Below are positions 1 to 13,416 of a stretch of 64,000 nucleotides of DNA, one piece after another (within the stretch, counting starts at the first letter, position 1; each line of letters begins with the position of its first letter). A model generated the notes under the pieces. It was given only the letters and a program-made list of their open reading frames with translations. It was not told where the DNA came from and did not search any database. The DNA is from Epiperipatus broadwayi (taxonomy: Eukaryota; Animalia; Onychophora). The stretch lies in NCBI GenBank assembly GCA_028023455.1, contig JAQFVV010000008.1:6758001-6822000 (forward strand). The letters run 5' to 3'. A program made the position numbers and the translations under genes.

Positions 1-728
1 ATTTCTTATTAAATTTAAAGATATCAAAACATTTCATAGAATTTTCTGTATTCAGTGAGCATTTTTTAAATAAAAAGACTAATCTCTTTGGGCTTCTGAT
101 AAATTTAGTGCATAATAGCATTAGAATTTCTTCAGAATAGTAATTTATTGCTTAGTTCTAGTTGAATGCTTATTTGGATTTATACACAAAGAGAGAAACA
201 AAAAATATTTTTTTTGTTTATAAGATATAATTTTATTCAAAAAAAAAACCCTTAATATTTTTGAAATATTTTAAGATTATAAATCTTCTTAGTTTGTAAC
301 ATGAATTTAGTTAGCATACATAATCTTGTAATTATTTTAATTTAATGAAAGAAGTAAATGTTGGCTAATGACGAGAAATTGTTTTTTATTATGTCAATAT
401 ATTAAAATATGATTTTTTTTTAACTTGTGTTAATAATGATCTCAAAATAATGGTTTATTTGTAGACGATGGGTATGTATGTATAAACATGAAATTAGCAT
501 AGCTTAATGTGACTATGAATAAGTAACACTATGTATTAACAAAGGGCCAAGAATAGAATGAATCCATCTATTTTTTTAAGCTTTTAATATGTGTAGGCTT
601 AACCTTGACCTTTTGTTAATACAGCGGATATCATTTATTCATAATCTGAAGAAGATAAATTTATTCCTCTTAATTATATATATATATGCTTTATTTTCAC
701 TGAAAATATTTTTTGTTCTTGTTTTTAG

Positions 729-993
729 ACACAAAACTTTATTCCTTCCATTAGTGCCATTACCGGCATTATTCCACAAAGATATATTTGGCGGATTTGT
801 ATAGCTCTTCATTCCACTCCTCGGCTTTTTGTAGCCATGATTTATTATAATTATTTTCAAATTAACGTAGAAAATATAGAAGAAAATCTTCGGCCATTTT
901 ATTTACGGTTAGTAAAGTGGAATTTCTGGTTAAATATTATTGAAATCATGTCCCTCATAGGGGTTACTTACATCTCCAATGTGGAGAACTATC
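729..993 (+). CDS. PGAP2: PGAP2/FRAG1-family gene, internal coding exon (first in window)
   Basis: Acceptor tttttAG at 727-728, donor GTAAGT at 994. Frame reads TQNFIPSISAITGIIPQRYIWRICIALHSTPRLFVAMIYYNYF...NFWLNIIEIMSLIGVTYISNVENY, matching the PGAP2 pattern (PSxSxAIG..PQRYxWR.CI.LHS.PR; LN..E..L..TY.S). 265 nt, phase 0 to 1. Confidence 0.93.
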
Positions 994-3743
994 GTAAGTA
1001 TTTTTTTTTTACATTTGTTGAATAATTAATTTTAAATAATGTTACAAATAATAAATATATAAAAACAGTTTTAATATTTTCTACCAATTAAATCAATTCA
1101 GCAGATAAATATTTTATGCAATTATTATTCATTTGAAATTACTTTAATCTTTCTCTGCTACATTTTTTAGAAATAATATAATTTTATTAGTATATTTAGA
1201 TTTAGATTTTTAAATTTATTTATCAGAAACATAATTATTTGAGAATATAAATAATATGACTTGGCTAATTATTTTGTATGTTTTTCTGATAGTGTATATT
1301 GTAACAATAACTATGTGCAGAGCAGCCAACTGTGCTGCAGATAAGCAAAAATGAAAAGCAAATGATAGCTTTAGAATAATCTGTTAAATAAATAATCAGC
1401 AATTATATAGCAATAAAATTGAATAGTAGTATTTGAATTTGATTGCAAACTTCACACATCTAGGAGCATGTTCTCAGAGCTATGGTGGGGAATACTTTCT
1501 GTGACTTGTGTGTGTGGCGCTATTGCTATATAATTATTAGCATGTGTTATATAAACAAAATGTATTATGACAGTGTGCTAACTAAATATAATTAATAGAA
1601 AAGTATTATAAACTATACTTGCTTTTGTACATGCACAAAAATAATCAGACAAATTAATAAATAAAATAATTTATTAATAAAAAAAATTAATAATGTATTA
1701 TTTCTTCTTTCATTGAAATAGTTTCTTTCATGTTATCCCATAACATAGTTCACTTCATGAATAATTCAAATTTAAAGATTTTATTCTTCTCATTCATTCA
1801 TGAACAAAATATAATGTCTTATTCGACATTCTCAAATTTCACTTTTCATTCTATATTCTTTTATAGTTGAATATGTCTTTTTATTTATTCATCTTGAATA
1901 TTCAAAAACAATGTAAAATATTAAAGCTTCTCACTTTTAAATTTTTATCTTTTTGTCTTAAAAGTCTTTCTTTTTTCTTTGAATATCTTTGCTTTTTTAA
2001 TTATCACCCAAACAGTGAATGTAGTTATACATAGTGTTAGCATTTTATTTTACTTGAAACAATAAACTTTCTTAACAATTTATCTGCAAGATTCTGTTTC
2101 TTTCTAGCAGCTTCTCATAGTTGATTGGGGAAAACAGGACAATGTACCGATGATAAGAGCTGATATGTTGCTTGTTTTGGTCTAATGCTCCATATTAAAA
2201 GAATATTCCAATGTAATGAGTATTCTCATAATTTTTAACTTGATAGTTAATTCTATTCTAATTCTTCAAATAAGAGCGAGAGAGAGAGTCACTTATCTTT
2301 TTTACATATTATCAACTTCATTTACATGCAAAATCTTTTTGCTTTATTTATAAATTTTTGGGATTGTCTCCTCAACAACTTTATAAAGTAAGCTGTTTTC
2401 TAACAAAATGAAAATTAATAAATGAATATATTAGTGCATATTTACTAAATAAATAAAATCCTTATTTACATAATTATTTTCTGTATGTGGATATTTTATT
2501 CCTTGTTTATTTATTTCAATCTTTTATATACATGTGTGTGTATAAGTAAGCACACATTATTTTCCAAAATATAATCACAATGTAACTTTGGCATCACTAT
2601 GCCAATAGCTACAATGTATTAAATAATTTAATGGAAATCAGTATCTGTGATTAGGTAATAAGAAAATTCTAATAAAATTGTTATTTATACCTCATAATAA
2701 TTTGTAGTATTAAATTATTAATTTAAACATTGTATTTGCCAGTATTGTAGATTTAAAAGGAAAATAAAGAACAGAATGGAGAAAATATAACTAAATATTA
2801 TTTATTATTGAAACAATCTTTTTTTTTTTACTCTGATTACATTTACCAAACAGTACATACAGGGTGTAAATGAATAATCAATGAATAATTTTACATCTGG
2901 TAGTAAAAAAAAAAGGTTGATGATAGAAAAATTATTGTACTTTCTAATTTACTTTGTGTCCTTAATAGTATACTTGAATTAAATAAATTAAATTAAAATT
3001 GTAAAATAAATTAAATTATATGAAAGTTGTAAAAAAAAAAAATTACTATAGGGAAAATGCCAATAATTTAAATATTTCGATTTACCTCTTCATTTCATTA
3101 AAAAAATATCCTCACTAAACTCAATACTAGACAGAAATTTGGAATTATTTGTATTTGATATCAGTAGCAATTGAAATTTGAGCAGCTACCATGTTGTGAA
3201 TAGTAAAATGCAATGGATAGTATTTTTTATCTTTTGTGTTTCAGATGAGAATCTATGAAAAGGCATTTCAGAATTTCTGCTACAAAAGTAAGGATAACAG
3301 ATGTCTTTATTATCATTGATAAAGATTCATGGTGTGGTTTATCATCTGTGAATTCCGTGATTAAGTTTTTAAATTTTGCAACTGTTTCAGATTTTTAATG
3401 ATCAGAACTATTTGGATATATTCTATTTTGCTAATATAACTCTGTGATTTCCAAGAAAATCCATATGATAATGGACATATAGAATACTGTGTATATAATA
3501 AAAATATATAATTAGAAGTAGGTTGAAGATAAGATGCCGCTCATATCTTTATAAAGTTGTAATCTTGTGTTAGGATTTGTAGAGGTCCCTCTTGTGGTAA
3601 AATTAAGCACTCAAGATGCATAATATTATGGTTAAAGCCTTATATGTAATTATGTGCTTAATAAGAATTAATGTTTAAAACATCTAAAGTGATTTATTAA
3701 AATATGGAATTGATAGAATAATTAGTTTGGTTGTATATGCTGT

Positions 3744-6600
3744 ATCATCATCATCATTATTTTCAACCCTTATTAGTCCACTATAGGATGAAGATCTCTC
3801 CAAGTTCAATCCATCTTCTCTGCTCTCTAACCTATCTTCTCCACATTATCTCTGCACACTTCCTTTATTTCATTCATCCATCTCATATATGGTTTTTTTA
3901 GGCCTTTTACAATCTCTTGGAATACAGTTTAAGATTTCAACCATCTCTATTACTATCTCTTCTAGCAATATGTCCAGCCCAACTTTACTTCAGTCTCTTA
4001 TTTATTTCAATGATGTCAGTAACACCTGTTTGTTCTCTTGCCTATGTATTTCCTTTTTGATCTCTTCTTGTTACTTTTAACATGCATCTCTCTGTACTTT
4101 CTTTGAATGGTCAAGTCTTTGTATTGCTCTTCTGTTAAATGTCCAAGACATTTATTAAAAACCTTCCTTTTCAAACATATAAACATATTTCCTTTTAATA
4201 TTAAGTTATTTCTATCAAAAGCACTCTAACCCAGTTTAATTCTAAGATTAATTTCTCTCCATTATATTTCTATCTGTAGTAATAATCTGACTAAGATATT
4301 TATAGTTGTTAACTTCTAACTTATCACTAACAAACTTTATTTTCTTCTTTTAAGAAAATCCATTGAACATTACTTTAGACTTTTTAACATTTATCTTTAA
4401 TCATACTTTTATCTGATAATTTTTGCAATATTTCCTGAAGCTCTAAAGCATTATTTGCAAAAACAACTACATCATCTGCAAAATCTAAATGACTTAAATA
4501 ATCTTCATTTATTTTTATTCCTTTAGCTTCCCATTTTAATCCACAAAATACTGTTTGCAGCACTGATATAAAAAGTTTTGGAGATATGGAGTCACCATGT
4601 CATACATTCTTCTCAATACTAATCTTCCTAGTACCATTATGTAATCTAATTGTTGCTGTTGCATCTTTATAAATATTCTTCAGAATATGAAAATATCTTG
4701 GGTCTATACCTTGATGATCCAATGCTTTAATCATTAAAGAAATGCTTATAGAATCAAATGCCTTTTCATAATCTACAAATCCAAAGTATAATAGCAACTC
4801 ATATTCATTGGTCCCTTCTATAATTTCTCTCAATATTTGTATATAATCCATTGTATTAAAACCATTTTTAAATCCATCTTGTTCTTTTTGTTGATTGAAA
4901 TCCAAAGTTTGCTGTAGACAAGATGTAATTATTTTGGTAAAAATTTTGTATAAAAACTGATAAAAGACTGATAGGTCTGTAATTTCTAATATTTTCTTTA
5001 TCACCCTTTTTTGAATATTAATATTAATACTGCATTCTTCCAATTATCTGGTACATATTTATCAATTAGACATTTGGTATATAACTTTCCAAATTTTTTT
5101 CTTTATCTGATGATTATAGTTCCATCATTACCTGGAGCTTTTCCCTTCTTTGTAAATTTAATTGCATATCTCACTTTTTTATTTAAAATTCTGGGCAATT
5201 CAGAAAATATAATAGTTGTAGGGAATACTTTTTCTTGTCCTTTATTCTATATAATTCTTGATAGAACTCTTCTACCCATTTCATGTTGTCATCTCTTTTT
5301 TTAATAATAGTTCCATCTTTTTTTTTTATTGCAGAATAAGTTTTTTACCAATACCAAAATGTTGTTTTATACTCTTGAGACTTTTATTTCCTTCTATAGC
5401 TTTCCTTGCTAGTTCACAATTATACTCTCTTATATCATTATCAACTTTTTTTTTGCATCATTTTACAAAATTTGAGATATTCAATCCTTCTTAACGCATC
5501 ATTTTTATATATCTTCATATTCCCTCTTTTGGTTCATAAATTCTCTAGTCTCAGTAAAAATGTTATTAGTCAATTGTCACTTTTTATACCAGCTATCTTT
5601 GTTGCAGTTTTTAAAAGTGTATCAGTTATTTTCCTATTAATTTCATTCAAATCTGAATCATGTTCAAAATCTGCTAATATTTGAAAACAATTTGCAAGTT
5701 CTAATTTAAATTCATTAGAATGTTTCTGAAGATTAGGAATATCAACTGTGAATATTGTTTTTCTTAATAATTTTTGTCTCTCTAGTTTTGCATTAACATA
5801 TATCTTACATCTCACTAATCGATGATCACTTCCTGTGTTAAATTTATTAAGAACATTACAATCTTGAAATATGTATTTTCTGTTTATCAAAATATAATCC
5901 AAGTCTGCTTGTATTTTCATTTGGATGCTTTCATGTCCATTTCTTTTTAACATTTTTCTCAAAAAAAGAATTCATAATACAAAGTTTTTGTTTTTCTGCA
6001 AACTCCACAAGGCTATATTCTATCTCATTTCTATCACCATAACCAAATTTACCTACAGCACTTTCATCTTTCAATTGTTTACCAATTCTAGCATTAAAGT
6101 CTCCCATAATAATTTTAAAATGTTGTTTGGTCTGATCAAAAGCCTTTTGTACATCCATATAAAAATCCTCTACTACTTCATCACTATGAGAACTTGTTGG
6201 GGCATAAACCTGAATTATGTGCATTTGATATCTACTATTAAATTGAATAACTAATCTTGCCGATACCCCATCAATCTCCACAATGATGTTCTTCCACTTT
6301 TTATTTATAATGAATCCTACTCTACTTGTACTTCCAATAGTTGTGCCTTTGTAGTACAGTACATGTCCACTTTTTAAATCAATTATCTCATCACCATTTT
6401 TTTTAACTTCACAAAGTCCAATAGGGTCCCATTTAATATGAGACAGTTCTTCTAATTCTTGCAATTTTTCTTCACTTGAAAATGATCTGCAGTTGTAAAT
6501 ACCTAAATAAAATTCATCATCAAATGGCAGCCTGAGTTCACAATCAGGGGATTTTTAGCACCCACTGCCTTCAGCCACCAACTACAGCCTACTTTGAACA
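3744..6600 (-). mobile_element. Near full-length, decayed RTE-clade LINE (AP endonuclease + reverse transcriptase)
   Basis: Minus ORFs 5931-6464 (IGLCEV, IIQVYAPTS, IIMGDFNARIG), 5570-5962 (DYILINRK, GSDHRLV) and 4600-5043 (FVDYEKAFDSIS, ATATIRLH). RT continues with stops toward 4200. (GAT)n tail seen as (CAT)n at 3744-3757. Many frameshifts. Confidence 0.92.
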
Positions 6601-6802
6601 AGAGCCATGATTTATTTTGTTTATCATGATTGTAAATATCTATTAGAAAAATTTTTTTATTTCATTCACTTACACATTCTTTCTGCCTTCAAGAAAACTC
6701 AACTGATATTTCAGATGAGAGCTATCAAGCAACTGAGAAGATAGTGATGTTTCTTGATTTTAAACTCAGACATAAAAAGCAAATATATATATATATATAT
6801 AT

Positions 6803-7857
6803 GAAATGGCATTTGATTCTATAAACATTTCTTCAGTGATTAAAACATTGGATCATCAAGGTGTAGATCCAGGATATTGTTATATTTTAAAGAATATTTA
6901 TAAAAATGCAACAGCAACAATTAGATTACATAATGATAGTAGGAAAGTCAACATTGAGAAGAGTGTAAGACAGTGTGATTCTATATCTCCAAAACTTTTT
7001 ACAGCAGTGCTGCAAGAAGTATTTTGGGGATTAAAATGGGAAGCTAAAGGAGTGAAAGTAAATGGAGATTATTGAAGTCATTTAGATTTTGCAAATGATG
7101 TAATTGCTTTTGCAAATAATGCTTTAGAGCTGCAGGAAATGTTGCAGGCCTTATCAGATGAAAGTAGGACTAAAGATAAATGTTAAAAAGACTAAAGTAA
7201 TGTTTAATAGATTTTCTCAAAATATGAAAATAAAGATTGATTATGATGAATTAGAAGATGTTAACAGTTACAAATACCTTGGTCAGATTATTAATACAGA
7301 CAGAAACATAATGGATGAAATTAATCATAGAATTAAACTTGTTTGGAGTGCTTTTGGTAGAAATAACTTGATACTAAAAGGAAATATGCCTATGTGTTTG
7401 AAAAGGAAGGTTTTTAATAAATAAGTTTTGCCAATTCTTACTTATGGATCTGAGACTTGGACACTTAATAGAAGAGCAATATAGAGACTTCAAACCATTC
7501 AAAGAAGTATGGAGAGATGCATGTTGGCAGTAACAAGAAGAGATCGAAAACACAATGTATGGGTAAGAGAACAAACAGGTGTTACTGATCTCCTTGAAAA
7601 AATTAAAAGACTAAAGTGGAGTTGGGCTGGACATATTGCTAGAAGAGATGATAATAGATGGACAATTGAAATTTTAAACTGGATTCTAAGAGATTGTAAA
7701 AGACCCAGAAAGAGACCACATGTGAGATGGATGGATGAAATAAGAAAGTGTGCAGGGGTGATGTGGAGAAGAGAAGCTAAAGATCGGAAAAGATGGATTA
7801 AACTTGGAGAGACCTTTATCCTGCAGTGGATTGATAATAGTTGATGATGATGATGAT
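6803..7857 (+). mobile_element. 5'-truncated RTE-clade LINE, same family as 3744-6600
   Basis: ORFs 6806-7075 (AFDSIN, VRQCDSISPKLF), 7158-7424 (GLKINVKKTKVM, YKYLGQ) and 7509-7844 (KWSWAGHIARR..RW); LRFANDV-like motif near 7080; (GAT)n tail; flanked on both sides by (TA)n. Confidence 0.93.
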
Positions 7858-8978
7858 ATATATATATATAGTCATTAACAAAAGCAATTGTTTGAAATTG
7901 GACTTAAATCTGAGAAATAAAATGTCAATTTAAATGTAACAACAAAAATGTTGGTAATATTTTGAAGTTCATTGATAAAAACCATCATGGAAGAACAATA
8001 GCATAATCAATGTGAAGCAAACCAAGACAATGTCTATTAGCCCCTGGATTCTAGTGACCTTTTTGTTTTACATATATTTAGGTTTACTGTATAGAGTGAA
8101 TAAATAATACATTGAACAAATTATCTCACTGCACTAAAATTGCAAACATCTTTCTCTGATGGAATGATTTTTTTTTATTATTATTCTTCTAAGAGGTTAT
8201 CATGAATAATAAATACAGAATTTGAAAGCTGATTAATGATATCAAAAAATAATAATAATTTCAAAGTAAATATAGAATTGAAAATGTCAGGGATAGCAAA
8301 TATTACAATGAATGCTACTGGCTAATGAAGAGCCACATTTGTAAGACTTTTAGGAAGTTTCAGCTTTGAGTAAAGCATTAGATATTTTTTATTTATTTTT
8401 TATTTTAATATACATGTAAATATTAATTTTAATCATGAACCAGAAAAATAATCAAAAACTTTATTAGTATTGAAGTGGAAAAAAAGAAAGTAATAAAATA
8501 ATCCATAATTTGAATTTTGAATATTATATGGTAAAATCAGATCTGCATCATTTTAAAAAATAATGATGAATGAAAAGGATTTCCAGATTAAGCAGTTCAT
8601 GTTGCAACATCATGGAACAAAGGGAATTGTTTATAATGTGGATTAATCAAAAGTAAATGGCATATGATATTATTAATGAGGGTTATTTGTGAAAAAGGTA
8701 AACAATAAACAATTGAATGAAGATTTTTAAGATTGCTAGTATATATTCTATGCCTATGAAGAAATTTATTGCCAGCAACTGGATTTGGGAAAAGAACTAA
8801 TATGCATAGTGTCATGAGACATGATTAGGTTGCTAGTAAAGAGAAGATTGATGCTAAATGTTATTTTGAAGAATTTATGAAAAAAAAAAAAAATTCCATG
8901 CAGAAAATAAGTTGTGAAATCAAGAAATTTTTATTAAGTAATAAAAAAGTTGACTTTTAGTTTTAGTTTTGTAGTTTT

Positions 8979-9210
8979 AAACCACCAACATCACTTGATC
9001 ACCATCTCTTAAGCTAGCAAATATCTGTTATTAAGCAGGCAAAACTCTCCATACAGTAGTGCCACTCTATGCCAACCAGAAACTAATCTGGGGATATTGG
9101 ATGAGTAGGCACTAGATGGGGATTTTATGCACAGGCCTTCTGGCATCCACTGATTACTCTTATTGGCACAGGGTGACACTAGTATATGGAGAGTTTTTGC
9201 CTGTTTAATA
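8979..9210. mobile_element. Family A insertion
   Basis: Inverted piece 8979-9075, then sense from the HHR 3' half to gcctgttt. TGTA(G/A)TTTTA at 8970-8979 and 9211-9220. Confidence 0.75.
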
Positions 9211-10029
9211 TGTAATTTTATATTTACATTTTTTTGTGTCAAATTTCTTTTACTTAAATATTTGTTTTTGAGTTGTAAGTTCAAGTTTGAATATGAAGTC
9301 TAGAATGGATTGTTCTTAAATGAATTTATTTCCATGTAAGATACAATGAATGGATGATACATGAAAGACTTTCTGGAACCAATTAATTAATAGTAATAGA
9401 CAATACCATATACATATATTTAAAAATTATTTAAGTATTTATTATAAATGTTAAAAAGACCTTTTTTGAAATTTTACATAGAGACCCAAATTTTTTAATG
9501 ATGGCACCACGTAAGAATAATTTAAGGATATTTAATAAATTAATTATGGTTTACTAAATATTTTGGAAAAAAAAAAAAAAAAATCATGATTTCTGAATAC
9601 TGAATTTAAGGTAATGCTCTACTCCATTAGGCTATTCTGTAAAGACAACAATCAAAAGAAATTTACATTCTTATCTATGATGATTCTACTAATTTCTCCA
9701 TTTTTTCCTTTTAAGAACAAAGTTAGTGAATGTTTTTCATTACGAATTATCACATTAGGTTGGCTTATGACATTATTTGCCATTATTATGTGACCAACTT
9801 TTTTAAATTTTTCTCTTTTTACTTTTTCTTTTTGCTCAGTATTATTGTGTTTTTCTAGTTGAACATATGTTTATTGATACGTGCATAGTCTCCTATTTAT
9901 CTGCAATTAAATTGCGAAAGAGGATTTCAGAGAGCTTTAAAATTGAAATATTAGAAAGATATTGAATAATATTGATATTATAGATATTGAGAAGGTAAGT
10001 ATAGATGCTACAGTAAATTGTAAGGCAGT

Positions 10030-10260
10030 TTCTGTAAAACCAATTAAAGAAGAAAACAGTACTTCTAATTCTCAAAGATTGAAGGACATATCTCAAAAGG
10101 GTAATTATACCAATACTGACAACTGAGATATGTTTATGTTTTTTTAATGTTTTTCAGCAGAATGGCAATTTCACCTATGTATATATAGTTCCATATTTTG
10201 CAATTCAACTAGATGATGGAGATGATCTAGTATATGACAAACTTTCAAAAATTCATTGTC
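10030..10260 (+). mobile_element. Possible hAT (Buster/Charlie-like) transposase relic
   Basis: 10190-10235 reads PYFAIQLDDGDD, similar to the Buster YFALQLDESTD catalytic motif; the surroundings are disrupted. Confidence 0.25.
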
Positions 10261-11689
10261 AAGAATAATTATAAGGTTCCAGAATTCTAAATCCCTATGC
10301 TAGTAGTTTTGTTACTGTCAAGTAATTCTTACACTAGACAGCTACATCCATCTATTTTTTTGAAATTTAATAAGATATTGCCTTTTTTTTTTTTTGTATA
10401 GTCAAAAAAAACATTTTGTGTAATTAAATAGTTAATGTCTCAGAAGACTAAGACATTTAACCACCAAAAATGATAGGTTGAAATTTGATTAGGAATGTTT
10501 AGCTGACGAGTCCATCAATTTATCTGTCTGTAATAATCAATTTATAGTAAAAGTATATGAACACATCAAAAATAATATAATTCATTTGATAGCTATGGTT
10601 TTAATTTATATATAAATCTTATTAATTTCTGACATACTCTATACATGAAATTCTAAAATAAATTGTTTTCATTGAAATGGTGAAGCCAATATCTTGTGGA
10701 AAACTTTTTCATAGTGGCATTTAATCATAGTTTGTCATGATTAATAATTTTTGAATCAGCTTAACTGTAGTGTATCTTATATATTTATAAATTTGCTAAC
10801 ATATTCAAGATTGTGTGACAGTAATTGTGGATTGAAAGCAACTACATAGTTAGCAAAGTTTTAATATATATCATAATAAGACTCATTCTATTAAGTATAT
10901 AAAATAGATAGTATCAAATAAGTAACTCAGTAGTGTTTTAGTTTGGATTTTTTAAGTAGGTCAGAAATATGTATGTGCTAATTAAATTGTAAATAATATC
11001 ATTTTATTGAAATGGCTGAATTAATATTTAATATATATAATCATCTTGTTACTGCAACTCTCAGAAATTTGTAGTAATTAGTTGTTGTTGTTTTTTTTTG
11101 TCTTAATTATATTTTAGAACTGGTTAGACAACTGATTATTAATTGAAATTCTGTAAAATGTTATTTATTTTTTTCTTTGTTTGTTGTTATTATATTATAA
11201 AGTAATTTACTCTTGGTGAATTAAGTTTTGTTATACATAAATTCTCTAAAATATTGCTTTTAATTGAGTTTTGTAAAAGGAAAATTTTCATTCAATTCAA
11301 TTAAGGTCATATTCATTATATAGACTTACTTAGTATTGATTAGTTTGCTATTTAATAAAAATAAAAAAAATGTTAAATATTATATAAATAACTTATTCTG
11401 CAGTCCACATATATTAATTACTTGTGAAATTATTTCATTGCAAATAAAAAAAAACCTAATAAAATACCATTTTAAAACTTTTGAGATGAATATAGAAAGA
11501 AAATTAAAATATATGAAAAATTTAAAAACTATATCTCAAGGTAACTAATGTGTTAAAAAGAAGTAGGTTAACTTCTTATTTTTTTTATTTGAGTTTAGTT
11601 TTTTCTAGACAAACATCATGTCAATAAAAATGAAAAAAGGAAAATTACAGCAATCTGTTCTCAAATTCTTAATGAATTGTGTCACTAAT

Positions 11690-11870
11690 TGTATATATAT
11701 ATGTGGAAAATGTTGACCTGGACCAACTGATGAGTGCTGGTTCAGCATGAAATATATATATATATATTGGAGATAATTTATCATTTTCACATGTATGTGG
11801 CCATGTGTACTGGTTGCATGAGATGGATTGGACAACTGTAAGGAGCTTGAAAGTCTGAGTTTAAATAGTA
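11690..11870 (+). mobile_element. Diverged family B copy
   Basis: Shares atatgtg..ctggaccaactgatgagtgctggttcagcatgaaata..ttgg..atcattttcacat and the downstream gaaagtctg with family B. Confidence 0.65.
11723..11770 (+). ncRNA. Family B hammerhead ribozyme with (TA)7 stem III
   Basis: CCAA-CTGATGA-GTGCTG-GTT-CAGCAT-GAAA-(TA)7-TTGG; canonical 6-bp stem II, AUA site after 11766. Confidence 0.72.
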
Positions 11871-12085
11871 TTTTCCCAATTTCAAAAGTTTGAAAATTGC
11901 TCAAATAGGTATAATAAAAGAATACTACTAATAAAATGAATCATAATTAGATGTCATTTGTAGTGATGATGAAATTAATTGATATCAAATATGAATCAGT
12001 ATCTGGTAATTTTTAAAAATCAATGAAATGACTCAGAAATGGTATGCACTAAGAATTGAATATATTCATATATTTATTTTTTAAA

Positions 12086-12293
12086 ATTATAATAAATAAT
12101 AAAAATCATATACAACATCTATATAAATATTTATATATTAATAATAATTATATATAAAAAAAATTTTTGGAACATGGGATTCATGCCCTTTTCATGAAAC
12201 CATGTTCCGAAAAAGAGTTTTTGTATATAATTATTATTAATTTATACATATTCATATAGCTGTTGTATATGATTTTTTATTATTTATTATAAT
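12086..12293. repeat. Long imperfect palindrome (foldback), ~100-bp arms, 7-nt loop
   Basis: …ttttggaacatgggattcatg-CCCTTTT-catgaaaccatgttccgaaaa…; complementarity extends out to attataataaataat / attatttattataat. Confidence 0.85.
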
Positions 12294-12889
12294 ATATATG
12301 AAAGAACAGCATAATGGATTTCATTAATTTCCATTTTTCATTATCTTTTTAAAATATAGATGTCTAGCTAGGGGAGCGCTATGACCAAGTAGAAATATTT
12401 AAGTCACTGTTAATATTTTGATTTAGATATCATTTTACATGGTTTAGCTTAGTGGTAAGAGTGGTAAGTTCAAAAGATTAAAGCTTTCTGTATTGATTTC
12501 CAGCTTTGAAAAATAAAAACTAAATTGGAGTGGACTGTTGTATTTACTTAGCCTGTTACTTTGTCACTTGATTTCCTGAACAACTGATCATAAGATTACT
12601 TTACTTGCTCTCCATGATATAGCCTATTAATAAAGTATAGAACTTGTAAAAAGATTTCTGATTTGACTCGGTTGAGAAAATTTAAAACGTCTCAATGTGA
12701 CTAGTTTAACGAGATCCTGTTGTGCCTGCAGTTACATTTGATGCTTAAATGTTACATGGCTAAAAAAATTGACCATGTGTTTATTAATTTTAACTATTGC
12801 CTTAATATACTGTAATTTTATTAGCCTAACATTTTATTTTTCAGTTGTGAATTGTGTTTATGTTATTAAAAGTCATAGAAAGAATTCCT

Positions 12890-12985
12890 GCGTGTTTTAG
12901 CCCCGTGGTAAGGTGTTGACTCTGGAATGTGAGGTCCTAAGATTGATTCTGGTTTTGGCACTTCTGGTGCTCAAATTTTTTACAA
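12890..12985 (+). mobile_element. Decayed tRNA-derived SINE-like fragment
   Basis: Box A-like TAGCCCCGTGG, degenerate box B, then gcacttctggtgctcaaattt. Related pieces at ~12440-12520, ~20815-20880 (+) and ~60440-60500 (-). Confidence 0.35.
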
Positions 12986-13416
12986 AATCTTGAGAAATAA
13001 AGCCATTCTAACATTTATTTATAGGAAAGAATAAATTCAAAACCAATTGAATAAAATTTATTAAGGTGTAATCATTAACGTCTATTAGATTCAGAACATG
13101 AAGAATGAAGTTTATTATATTATTTGTCTACTAAATATTAAATGCTATGTAGAGTGTAAAATTAATTATTTTTTAAAATTATTATGCTCAATTATTTTAT
13201 TTCTATGTAGAAACATCTCTGTCACTAAATAGTGTTATATTTGAAAGCCTGTAATTTAATATTATGAATTTTCATCACAGAACTTTGCACTTAGATAAAT
13301 ATTTGTTGGAATAATTCAATTTCTCAACTTCAGGCTTAGAAATATATTTTAATAAATGAAATTTATTATCAATTTACAAATACTAAAAAACAATAAATTA
13401 AGACAAATAAAATTTT

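Noticed and set aside
589-804. 71-aa + ORF and overlapping 73-aa - ORF
   Set aside because: The true coding frame is the PGAP2 exon 729-993, in a different frame; these ORFs are by-products.
12440-12985. Functional tRNA genes
   Set aside because: Box A-like motifs only; no cloverleaf or intact box B, so at most SINE relics.
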